A DNA stretch of 46,880 bases. Source: Fibrobacter sp. GTDB lineage: Bacteria > Fibrobacterota > Chitinivibrionia > Chitinivibrionales > Chitinispirillaceae. The position numbers and the translations under genes were made by a program. The stretch covers positions 1 through 46,880 of the forward strand of contig JAAYIG010000097.1 of the NCBI GenBank assembly GCA_012523595.1, given 5' to 3'. Shown here piece after piece: positions 9,574 to 17,749 of this stretch; the first letter of the stretch is position 1, and each line of letters opens with the position of its first letter. The notes under the pieces were generated by a model, which searched no databases, was not told the origin of the DNA, and was given only the letters and a program-made list of their open reading frames with translations.

Positions 9574-9969
9574 CTATTCTGTTACATGCTCCATCCCTAA
9601 TTTCATTATGCTCTCTACATGCTTATCTGCAAGCCTGAAATACACTATCTTCCCCACCCTGCGATAACTCACAAGACGAGCCTGTTTGAGGACACGCAAC
9701 TGGTGAGAGACTGCAGATTGGGTCATGTTAAGCAGTGCACTTATATCACAGCCGCACATTTCACTCTTACTCAATACATAAAGTATGCCCATCCTGGTAC
9801 TGTCCCCTAAAACACTGAAAAAATCCGCGGCTTCCAGAATGTTTTCCGAAGGAGGCAGTTCTTTTTTTACTTTGCGCACAATATCCTGGTGGATAATCTT
9901 TGAATCACAGAGATTTGATTTTTTGCTGACCTTACGCATAATGCCTCCGAAAGAATTTCGATTCATCAC
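9574..9969 (-). CDS. cadC: ArsR/SmtB-family metal-sensing transcriptional repressor
   Basis: 131-aa ORF with a winged-helix HTH (…LLNMTQSAVSHQLRVLKQARLV…) and a metal-binding Cys pair (MCGC). It sits directly upstream of the P-type ATPase. The true start may be an internal Met. Confidence 0.8.
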   Translation of the reverse strand: MMNRNSFGGIMRKVSKKSNLCDSKIIHQDIVRKVKKELPPSENILEAADFFSVLGDSTRMGILYVLSKSEMCGCDISALLNMTQSAVSHQLRVLKQARLVSYRRVGKIVYFRLADKHVESIMKLGMEHVTE

Positions 9970-10212
9970 TTGAATAAGTGTTCAATTGAAATATAACAAG
10001 AAAGAGATGAACAATCAAATATTATTCAGTAGCACGGAAAAGAAACAGCATTAAAGCATGCACTGGAAACCTTAAGGACAAGAACAATCAAAAGATATAT
10101 ACGAATCCATCTTATCGATAAGGAAAAGGCTATCGTACCCTTAAAAGCAAAAAGATAGTCCGTCCCTTTTGTTAATCGTTTAAGCCAATAATTCATCCCG
10201 CAGGACCTGTCA

Positions 10213-10240
10213 TGCTGTCGTGTTGTCGTATCGTCGTCCT
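10213..10240 (+). repeat. Three units of an 8-bp-phased TGTCGT repeat (TGCTGTCG TGTTGTCG TATCGTCG)
   Basis: It lies in the divergent promoter region between the cadC-like gene and the acyltransferase gene. The motif is related to the TCGTAC arrays at 1541-1604. Confidence 0.5.
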
Positions 10241-10307
10241 TCCCGCAGAGGACTAAATTCTACTCGATCCGGCACACCTTTCGCTCTCCACTACCCCGGG
10301 ATACCTC

Positions 10308-11357
10308 ATGAAAAACGGAAGACTCCTCTGGCCAGATATTCTAAAAATTATCTCCATTCTGGGTGTCATCCTTATACACTGTTCAGCACCGATGCTGGTA
10401 AGTGAACCTTTAGGAGGAAAAAGCTGGTGGCTGGCCAATATTTACGATTCCATGGTAAGGTGGTGTGTCCCTGTCTTTTTCATGGTCAGTGGCGCCTTCA
10501 TAATTGAAAAAGCAGGATCACCTTCCCCGGGACAATTTTTCCTGAAACGCTCACAAAAAATCGTAGTGCCATTCATAATCTGGAGTGCACTCTATTTCCT
10601 CTGGAGAATCCACAAAGGAGAAAACCTCAAATGGCTCAATTTCCCTGCTATGCTCCTCGAGGAGCCAATCTATTATCACCTGTGGTTTATCTACGTGCTG
10701 ATTGGACTCTACATCATCGCCCCTGTGCTTGGTGCCTACGTTAAAGGTGCAAGCAGGAAAAACCAGTCTTATCTTCTTTTTCTCTGGTTTATTACCGCAT
10801 CCCTTCTCCCCATGCTTCAGAACTGCTGTAAATTTCATACCTTCTTTTTCCCGGTGGAAACAGTCTCCGTTTTAAAATTCAGCGGGTACTTCTTTCTTGG
10901 CTATTTCCTGAGAGATACAAAACCCAAAGCTGCACTCATGCCGGTTTTCTTCCTCCTCTATGCAATCGGTTTTCTGATTACCACCTTTGGAACCTACTAT
11001 TTATCACTTAAAACCGGAAACGAAAGCATTTCAGAACTTCTTTACGAATACTACACAGTAAACGTACTTGCCATGTCCGTTTCGGTTTATCTCATAGTAA
11101 AGAGTATCCCATTCCCGCTGCTTTCCAGCACTAAATCCCCCATTGCCGTAACAGCCGCCTGTGTACCAGGTGTCTACTTTGTGCATGCCTTTGTAATCGC
11201 TGTTTTCAAACAGGGATTGCTTGGGTTTACATTCTCGGAGAGATCTCTCACCCCGGCAATCGGAATTCCTGTCTTTACACTGGCGGTTTTTACCGTATCT
11301 CTTTTAATCACTCAGATTCTTAGACTCATTCCAGTACTGAAATGTTCAATACCATGA
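10308..11357 (+). CDS. Acyltransferase family 3 (OafA/YrhL-like) integral membrane protein
   Basis: 349-aa ORF with the characteristic N-terminus (…DILKIISILGVILIHCSAP…VPVFFMVSGAF…) and about 10 transmembrane segments. Confidence 0.75.
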   Translation: MKNGRLLWPDILKIISILGVILIHCSAPMLVSEPLGGKSWWLANIYDSMVRWCVPVFFMVSGAFIIEKAGSPSPGQFFLKRSQKIVVPFIIWSALYFLWRIHKGENLKWLNFPAMLLEEPIYYHLWFIYVLIGLYIIAPVLGAYVKGASRKNQSYLLFLWFITASLLPMLQNCCKFHTFFFPVETVSVLKFSGYFFLGYFLRDTKPKAALMPVFFLLYAIGFLITTFGTYYLSLKTGNESISELLYEYYTVNVLAMSVSVYLIVKSIPFPLLSSTKSPIAVTAACVPGVYFVHAFVIAVFKQGLLGFTFSERSLTPAIGIPVFTLAVFTVSLLITQILRLIPVLKCSIP

Positions 11358-12418
11358 TTAACAAAGCATATATTGCACTTGCGATTCTGTTTTCAGGTTT
11401 GTTTCAGATCTCATTACCGGAGACTCCAAAGATCTTTTTTATCGACGACTACGATTACAAGACTTTTTATCGGATAGCAAAATCACGTATCAACAAAATT
11501 CACAGGTTCTCCGCATGGAAAAGAGCAGCACCCGAGGTCCGCACAGTCACTATTACCTCATCACTTGACAGCACAGCGCAAAAGGCACTGTTCTACAATT
11601 CCGGTTCCAAACATAAAAAGCCACTTCTTCTGGCACTCCACTCCTGGAGTGAGGACTACTCCCAGCACTTCAGCATTCCATACGGGATCTGGGCAATTAA
11701 AAATGACTGGGTACTTATTCATCCGGATTACAGGGGCGCTTTTACAAACCCTAAATCGACACTGTCGGAATACGCGGTAAAAGATATCCTTGATGCTCTG
11801 GAGTACGCAAAGAAAAACGCGGAGATTGACTTATCGCGTATCTATGTGACCGGTTTTTCCGGCGGAGGAATGGCCACACTGATGATGGTAGGACGGTTTC
11901 CGCATCTTTTTTCCGCTGCCGCGGCCTGGGTTCCGGTTTATGATCTGGTACAGTGGTATGGAACAACCCGCCGCGCCAGACACAATTATTCCAGACACAT
12001 AACGAACTCCTGTGGTGGAGAGCCTCTGCCGGGAAGTAAAGCATATACAGAATGTCTCAAAAGGAGTGTCAGCTCTTACCTGAAAAATGCCAGAGACGCG
12101 GGTATTCCGGTTTATATCGCTACGGGTGTCAAAGACGGATTTGTGCCTCCAAGCCATTCCATACAGGCTTTTAATGACCTGGCAGACTCCGCAGATCATA
12201 TCTCCGCAGATGACATGAAGTTTATAGATAAATACCGCAGACTTCCACGCCACCTGAGGGGAGAGTTTCCCGACAGTCTCTATACAGATGCAGGTCTGAG
12301 ACTGTTATTTGAAAAAGTTTCAAAAACAGTTACCCTTAAAATTTTCGACGGTAAACATGATGTCATCTACAACGCAGGCCTTTACTGGCTCTCAAAACAA
12401 AGAAGAAAAACCCGCTGA
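11342..12418 (+). CDS. Alpha/beta-hydrolase (S9/esterase-like serine hydrolase)
   Basis: 358-aa ORF with a nucleophile elbow GxSxG (VTGFSGGGMA) and Asp/His candidates downstream. Its start overlaps the acyltransferase stop by 16 nt. Confidence 0.6.
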   Translation: MFNTMINKAYIALAILFSGLFQISLPETPKIFFIDDYDYKTFYRIAKSRINKIHRFSAWKRAAPEVRTVTITSSLDSTAQKALFYNSGSKHKKPLLLALHSWSEDYSQHFSIPYGIWAIKNDWVLIHPDYRGAFTNPKSTLSEYAVKDILDALEYAKKNAEIDLSRIYVTGFSGGGMATLMMVGRFPHLFSAAAAWVPVYDLVQWYGTTRRARHNYSRHITNSCGGEPLPGSKAYTECLKRSVSSYLKNARDAGIPVYIATGVKDGFVPPSHSIQAFNDLADSADHISADDMKFIDKYRRLPRHLRGEFPDSLYTDAGLRLLFEKVSKTVTLKIFDGKHDVIYNAGLYWLSKQRRKTR

Positions 12419-13112
12419 GATTTTTTTATCCATCCTGTTTAACAGATTCATTCTAATTCCGGCTGTCTTTCTCCTCTTTCTCCTTTCTATTAACACCGCA
12501 GGACAGATTACAGACCTGGAGAGGACACTTCTTCGTGAGGGGTTTGTTGATGTACAGAGCATAGATTCAACAATTATGGTAGAGCTCAAATATGCCGATA
12601 CCGCCAATTTCATGGGTAAAGCAGTTTATGGTGAGCTGAAAAAGTGTTATCTCAGACCGGAAGCGGCCGGGAAACTCGCAAGGGCAAACAGGCTCCTCAA
12701 AGAGATCGATCCACAATTATCGCTGCTAGTTCTCGATGGTTTACGCCCGAGGCATATCCAGAGAATCATGTGGGATATAGTCAAGAACACACCCATGCGC
12801 CACTATGTGGCAAATCCGGAGTGGGGGTCGATGCATAATTACGGATGCGCAGTGGATATAACAATCGCAGACGCAAGCGGTAAAAGGCTCGATATGGGCA
12901 CACCTGTCGACCATTTCGGTCCTTTAGCTCAGGTGCGTTTAGAACAGGAGTACTTAAAGAGCGGTGCACTTACAAGAGATCAGATAAATAACCGCCTATT
13001 ACTGCGTAAAGTTATGACTGACGCAGGCTTTTACCCAATCCCCATCGAATGGTGGCATTTTGAGGCGTTCAGCAAAAAGCACATACGTAAAACATATTCA
13101 ATAGTGGAATAA
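12357..13112 (+). CDS. Peptidase M15 D-Ala-D-Ala dipeptidase (VanX/DdpX-like), membrane-anchored or secreted
   Basis: M15D motifs are present (…VELKYADTANFMG…, …EWGSMHNYGCAVDITI…, …WWHFEA…). The six-frame ORF begins at 12309. I placed the start at the internal MM (12357/12360) that precedes the signal/anchor segment (FILIPAVFLLFLL). The start is uncertain. Confidence 0.75.
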   Translation: MMSSTTQAFTGSQNKEEKPAEIFLSILFNRFILIPAVFLLFLLSINTAGQITDLERTLLREGFVDVQSIDSTIMVELKYADTANFMGKAVYGELKKCYLRPEAAGKLARANRLLKEIDPQLSLLVLDGLRPRHIQRIMWDIVKNTPMRHYVANPEWGSMHNYGCAVDITIADASGKRLDMGTPVDHFGPLAQVRLEQEYLKSGALTRDQINNRLLLRKVMTDAGFYPIPIEWWHFEAFSKKHIRKTYSIVE

Positions 13113-13118
13113 AAAGCC

Positions 13119-14387
13119 TCAATACAGATCGTCCAACCCGACACCTTTGAGCCAGATCTCATCCAGAAAGAGCTCCAGTGTGTCTCCGGCGCTTCCGCTT
13201 GTCACAAACTGAAATCCTTCAGTTGAATCGCACACTTCGCTCCACTGAAGGTTATCTTCCGCCTGGGGAGAGTATTCCTGAGGAAAAAGTTCAGAGGGGT
13301 AGATGGTGTGTTCCTGCCACTGTTCTGTACATTCGATATACTTTCCCCACGTTCCCCACCTCTGATTTTCAGGGTAACGGTTCAGCGCTGCGGCAAAAAA
13401 GGCGAATCTGATCCTTCCTTTACCTTTCAGGAAAAAGGAAACAGAAATCATGTTGGAAAGATCGGCATATCTGTTCCGGTCAGGAGTAATACTTGCTCCC
13501 AGACCGGCAAAGGGACTGTTCCTGTTGGCCAGGATTACTTTCATATGGAAGGATTTACCGGAATATGCTCCCTCGGTTGTAATAGCAAGAGGAAGATTGT
13601 CCTGTTCGATAATCCCCGCCGGGAATACCACAGAGAGTTCTTCGAGATCTTTCTCGTTGAATGCGTACCAGAAACTGTTCCATCCTTCATTCAGATCTGC
13701 TCTGTTGTTCAACAGGAATATATCACCATCATCGAAATTTTCCAGAAGCACCCGGGCAAACGGGACTGTAATTGTTTCATCGAGTGTATCGGAATTTAAA
13801 GAGGTGATGTTTACCGGCAGGTCTGATGAGGCGTAGCCGGACTTTTCTGAGACTATTTTCAGGGTGTAATTTCCTTCAGGTATACTATTAAAAGTAAATT
13901 TCCCGGATATGATTTCTGTACTTATGTCTGTCCCAAGGAGGACAGCATATGCCGTATCAGGAATCGTCCCATCCTCAAGTGTTATTGCACCGCTCAGGGA
14001 ACCGGGGTCTTTAAGAACCAGGGCTTCAAGCTCAATATCGGATTCTGGCTTTATAAGCATGGAGTCTGTAAAGTGGTATTTATCGGTTCCGGAAACCAGG
14101 AGATTATAATAGCCGTCAACCGGAGTATTCTGGTCAAGTTCTATACTGAAAAAGCCGCTCTGATCTGTTGTATCTCTGTAAATCTGGCCATCTGGATCGA
14201 GGGGGTTTTGTCCCGATGGAATAAGCCTGACCGCGGCGCCAAGAGCAGGAGAACTGTCGGGGAGGATAACTTTAGCAGAGACCCTGGCGTTAACTGTTTC
14301 AGTGGAACCGCCACTTAGATCCATTCTGCTGCAGTTAAAAAACAGAAGAGCAGAAATCAATACCAGGCTGTATACTGCACTCTTCAA
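13119..14387 (-). CDS. Secreted hypothetical protein with CarboxypepD_reg-like/Ig-like beta-sandwich repeats
   Basis: 422-aa ORF with an N-terminal signal peptide (MKSAVYSLVLISALLFFNC) and repeated beta-sandwich-like segments (…GNYTLKIVSEKSGY…). Confidence 0.5.
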   Translation of the reverse strand: MKSAVYSLVLISALLFFNCSRMDLSGGSTETVNARVSAKVILPDSSPALGAAVRLIPSGQNPLDPDGQIYRDTTDQSGFFSIELDQNTPVDGYYNLLVSGTDKYHFTDSMLIKPESDIELEALVLKDPGSLSGAITLEDGTIPDTAYAVLLGTDISTEIISGKFTFNSIPEGNYTLKIVSEKSGYASSDLPVNITSLNSDTLDETITVPFARVLLENFDDGDIFLLNNRADLNEGWNSFWYAFNEKDLEELSVVFPAGIIEQDNLPLAITTEGAYSGKSFHMKVILANRNSPFAGLGASITPDRNRYADLSNMISVSFFLKGKGRIRFAFFAAALNRYPENQRWGTWGKYIECTEQWQEHTIYPSELFPQEYSPQAEDNLQWSEVCDSTEGFQFVTSGSAGDTLELFLDEIWLKGVGLDDLY

Positions 14388-14389
14388 TT

Positions 14390-15220
14390 CTAATCCTCTT
14401 TTTGAACCTTCGAAACAGGAAACATCTGAAAATTAATCTGGTACACCCGGTCAGAGGGATTGTCTGCTTTAACTATCTCCACCAGTCGTCTGCGGAACGC
14501 AGCAATCTCCTGGCGGATCTGATCAAATCCGGAAGATGAAATCCCTACGGTCAGTGTAGAGATATCACGGATATCACGGGTGTGCTTCTCAATAGATCTT
14601 GAAGCCAGTTCGAGGCATTTTTTCTGGAAAAGCTGCACAGCAAAAGGAATCGTATCGGAATCTGTCCTGAGGGCAGAATCAGTCTGACGATATCGTCCGG
14701 AGGGCAGTTTTTTTATCAGGCCCAGATCACACAATATCTTTACCGCTTCCTCGGCCTGTTCAGGAGTAATTGGTGGTTCCACAGTTCTGGCAAGCAGTCT
14801 GAAATTATCCTTGAAATCGAACATGGTAACAAGCTCTCTTATCGCCACAAAATACCATTTGGAAAAATACTCAAACTGGCTCTTGAGAACAAGTTGTCCC
14901 TGAACAGCAGGTGAAAGTTCTTTTACTTTTGTAAAATAGTACTCTTTTTCCCTAATGGTTTTGGCATTATTGAAATCGACCAGAGCATTGAGATATTCTG
15001 TTTCCCTGTATTTTAATTTAATGGCTTTTGCCACCTTGAGGACACTGCTTTTTGCCAGATTCTTTTTGCCGGTGATTACCTTATGAAGATATGTTTTGGA
15101 TTTAAGACCAGCCCTGTCGGCAAGAGCCTGATAAGAGAAGGATGGATTGAGCATTTTCTGCTCTGTATAGTAGTCCCTCAGAAACAACCGATAATCGGTG
15201 TAGTCAAAGATTGAGATCAT
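14390..15220 (-). CDS. TIGR02147-family protein (Fibrobacter-type paralogous family, putative DNA-binding)
   Basis: 276-aa ORF. Its N-terminus (MISIFDYTDYRLFLRDYYTEQK…SYQALADRAGLKSKTYLHKVITGKKNL) matches my memory of the TIGR02147 family. It ends 2 nt before the downstream secreted-protein gene. Confidence 0.55.
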   Translation of the reverse strand: MISIFDYTDYRLFLRDYYTEQKMLNPSFSYQALADRAGLKSKTYLHKVITGKKNLAKSSVLKVAKAIKLKYRETEYLNALVDFNNAKTIREKEYYFTKVKELSPAVQGQLVLKSQFEYFSKWYFVAIRELVTMFDFKDNFRLLARTVEPPITPEQAEEAVKILCDLGLIKKLPSGRYRQTDSALRTDSDTIPFAVQLFQKKCLELASRSIEKHTRDIRDISTLTVGISSSGFDQIRQEIAAFRRRLVEIVKADNPSDRVYQINFQMFPVSKVQKED

Positions 15221-15424
15221 GCGGGCGACTCCTCACATTTTCCTCTATTATAATATAAAATTCCCTGCTGGTTCAGGAGGTACATGCATTTTTCGTAGCC
15301 TATCGGGGGACAGCGGGTAATTGCTCCAGAGAATCTGAGAATTAACAGGTGAATTATTATTTCTGTCCCGGAATTTGCTTCTTTACCGTCCTGCACAGAA
15401 ATTCACAAACAAATAAAAATCTTG

Positions 15425-15448
15425 TATACTGTTCATTTGAACAGTATA
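15425..15448. promoter_or_regulatory. Perfect 11-2-11 palindrome TATACTGTTCA-TT-TGAACAGTATA (CTGT-N8-ACAG, LexA/SOS-box-like operator)
   Basis: Read directly from the sequence. It overlaps a TATATT -10-like hexamer and lies about 45 nt upstream of the GyrI-like gene ATG at 15494. Confidence 0.55.
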
Positions 15449-15493
15449 TTAATGCTAACTACCCACTTTCATTTTTTTTGCTGTAAGGAGGCA

Positions 15494-15946
15494 ATGATGG
15501 AAATAAGGAACACTGTTGATCAGAAAGCGCTTGTTGTACGGCTGACAACCAGGGCATCGGAGCTCCCCCGGGTGTTCGGAGAAGCCTACGGGGAGATCAT
15601 GGCCTACATGGGCCGTAAAGGGATAAATTTATCCGGGAGGGCTTTTGCTCTGTACCATAATACCGATATGGAAAATCTTGACATTGAGATCGGATGGACG
15701 ATCGATCAGGATGACAGCGGAGAGGGACGGATCAAATTCAGGGTAATACCGGGAGGCAAAGTTGTTTATGCTCTCCATAAAGGTCCCTACTCAACCTTGG
15801 AAAATACCTATAACAAAGTTATGGCATTTATTAAGGAAAAAGAGATCAAAACCACGGAATGGATGTACGAGGTGTATCTTAATTCCCCTGAAAACACACC
15901 GGAAGAGGAGCTTAAAACAGAGATCTATTTTCCAATATCAGAGTAA
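15494..15946 (+). CDS. GyrI-like (SbmC/AraC effector-binding-like) small-molecule-binding domain protein
   Basis: About 150-aa ORF. The start is placed at ATG 15494 (MMEIRN…), preceded by AAGGAGG at 15486-15492. The six-frame ORF uses an upstream TTG at 15422, which lies inside the palindrome and is unlikely to be used. Confidence 0.6.
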   Translation: MMEIRNTVDQKALVVRLTTRASELPRVFGEAYGEIMAYMGRKGINLSGRAFALYHNTDMENLDIEIGWTIDQDDSGEGRIKFRVIPGGKVVYALHKGPYSTLENTYNKVMAFIKEKEIKTTEWMYEVYLNSPENTPEEELKTEIYFPISE

Positions 15947-16137
15947 TTATTATAAGTCGCTTTCTGAGGGGGCACAGAGTCCCCTCTACACTCACCCCGG
16001 AGAAAATCGGATAAAAAACATTCGATACCAAACCGATTCCGCCCCCGATCTGAAGAACAAATACTCGGTGCTGATTGGCAATACCTTTGCTTTTTACATA
16101 TAAATAAAAAACCTCTAAATCTTTCAGGGACACTATT

Positions 16138-16701
16138 ATGAATCCCTCAGGCCCGTTAAGAAAAGAGCATCGTCTTATCGAAAAACTCCTCACTCTTATC
16201 CATCAGGAAACTCTGTTTATCAAACAACAGAAACGGGTTAATCCAGTCTTTATCGATACTGCGGTGGATTTTATCAAAATGTATGCAGACAGGACCCATC
16301 ACGGTAAAGAGGAGCAGATCCTTTTCTCCACTCTCGAAGATCGTGACCTCAGGAAAGAAGATCGCCTCATGATGGAGGAACTGATACGGGACCATGTTTA
16401 TGTAAGAGAGCTTACAGATCAGATTTTCGAATACAAGACCAGATATGTAAAGGGGAACCATGAACTCCTGATGCCTATAGTAGAGAAGATGGATAATCTG
16501 GTGAAGTTTTACCCCGGCCATGTCTGGAAAGAGGATAATTCTTTCTTTCCCGCATCTCTGACCTATTTATCTGAACATGAGCAGCAGGAGATGCTTGAGC
16601 AATTCTATGATTACGACAAAAATATGATTCATATCAAATACACTCAGGTCATAACCCGGCTCAAGGAAACTTCACAGAGGGATATGCAAAACCACCTGTA
16701 G
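16138..16701 (+). CDS. Hemerythrin-like (HHE cation-binding) domain protein
   Basis: 187-aa ORF with His/Glu-rich hemerythrin-type motifs (…RTHHGKEEQILF…, …IRDHVYVREL…). Confidence 0.55.
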   Translation: MNPSGPLRKEHRLIEKLLTLIHQETLFIKQQKRVNPVFIDTAVDFIKMYADRTHHGKEEQILFSTLEDRDLRKEDRLMMEELIRDHVYVRELTDQIFEYKTRYVKGNHELLMPIVEKMDNLVKFYPGHVWKEDNSFFPASLTYLSEHEQQEMLEQFYDYDKNMIHIKYTQVITRLKETSQRDMQNHL

Positions 16702-16732
16702 AATCCACATTACTAATTTGTAAATTTTTCTT

Positions 16733-17614
16733 TCACCGTATCTCACGGTATCTCTTCCTGATCTTCAACAGAGATTCCTGTTTATCCTTGACTTCAAGCA
16801 TTATATCCAAATCCAGATCTCTTATGGTTTTATAAAACCTGCCAAACGTACTGAGATTGACCGATGTAGAGTGGGTTCCTGATGGCTTTGATGGTTCCTG
16901 ATCGGAATAATGGATCTTCTGACGACAGTTTCTCCAGGTTCCCTTATAGAGCAGAATAACCTCCCGGTCACTCATTCCCTGAAAACCCGGGTTCAGGGAA
17001 TGATGGTATACGTCAAAAATACCTGAGACATCAGTCCTGATACATACATTGTAGATATCTTCAGCAGTAAAGATATGCTCGTCATTTTCCAGTGCGAGCC
17101 TCCTGCGGATCTCACATGGTAAGGAGGATATGCGATTCTCCAATACATGAAGGGATTTTTCCTTGTCTTTATAGGCTCCTCCGCCATGGATTATTATAAT
17201 GTGCTCCGATGGAAGCTCCATCAGTTCAAGTATTCTGTTATGGTAGTAAAGATCACGAATAGAATTCTCATAAAAATCAGGATTTGGGGTGTTAAGAACT
17301 GTATACTGCCCCGGATGCATTGAAACACGCATCTTGTTTGCACGAATAAAGCTGCCTATCTCCCGGAACTCATCAGCAAGCTCCCTTTGCCAGACCCCTG
17401 AATTGATGGTACTTGAGCCAAAGGGGATCAGATTTGAGGTTATACGGAAAAGTGAAATCCCTTGATCCCTGTTCCACTCAAGAATCGCTCTCAGTGCAGA
17501 GATATTCTCCCTGGAAACTTCAAGCATTCTCTTTTCGGAATAATTTGCCAGTCGGAAGGTCCTGGCCGAAGATGGCAAAAGCGTGTTAATGCAGGCATAT
17601 CCGATCTTTATCAT
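16733..17614 (-). CDS. uvdE: UV damage endonuclease UvdE
   Basis: 293-aa ORF with the UvdE N-terminus (MIKIGYACINTLL…RLANYSEKRM…) and the TIM-barrel endonuclease layout. Confidence 0.85.
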   Translation of the reverse strand: MIKIGYACINTLLPSSARTFRLANYSEKRMLEVSRENISALRAILEWNRDQGISLFRITSNLIPFGSSTINSGVWQRELADEFREIGSFIRANKMRVSMHPGQYTVLNTPNPDFYENSIRDLYYHNRILELMELPSEHIIIIHGGGAYKDKEKSLHVLENRISSLPCEIRRRLALENDEHIFTAEDIYNVCIRTDVSGIFDVYHHSLNPGFQGMSDREVILLYKGTWRNCRQKIHYSDQEPSKPSGTHSTSVNLSTFGRFYKTIRDLDLDIMLEVKDKQESLLKIRKRYREIR

Positions 17615-17695
17615 AAACAGTACCCTGAAGGCGTTGTCACAAAAAGGATATAGTGCAATTGCAGGACCTGGTTTCAGGGTAGCGTATTTGCAGAA

Positions 17696-17727
17696 TAGCA
17701 GAATAATCCCATTTAAGATTATTCTGC
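17696..17727. promoter_or_regulatory. Perfect 12-bp inverted repeat AGCAGAATAATC-N8-GATTATTCTGCT, followed by A12
   Basis: Read from the sequence. It lies between the uvdE start (17614) and the PKD-protein stop (17750). It is not a canonical terminator in either orientation, because the U-run precedes the hairpin on the minus strand. Confidence 0.4.
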
Positions 17728-17749
17728 TATGAAAAAAAAAAAATTCAAA

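Noticed and set aside
15422-15493. TTG-initiated N-terminal extension of the GyrI-like ORF
   Set aside because: The extension lies inside the operator-like palindrome and the -10-like element, and has a Phe/His/Cys-rich low-complexity translation. ATG 15494 with an AAGGAGG Shine-Dalgarno sequence is a far better start.
15965-15986. Hairpin GAGGGG-N10-CCCCTC 20 nt after the GyrI-like stop, as a terminator
   Set aside because: It is a GC-rich 6-bp stem but no U-run follows. It was left as unconfirmed.
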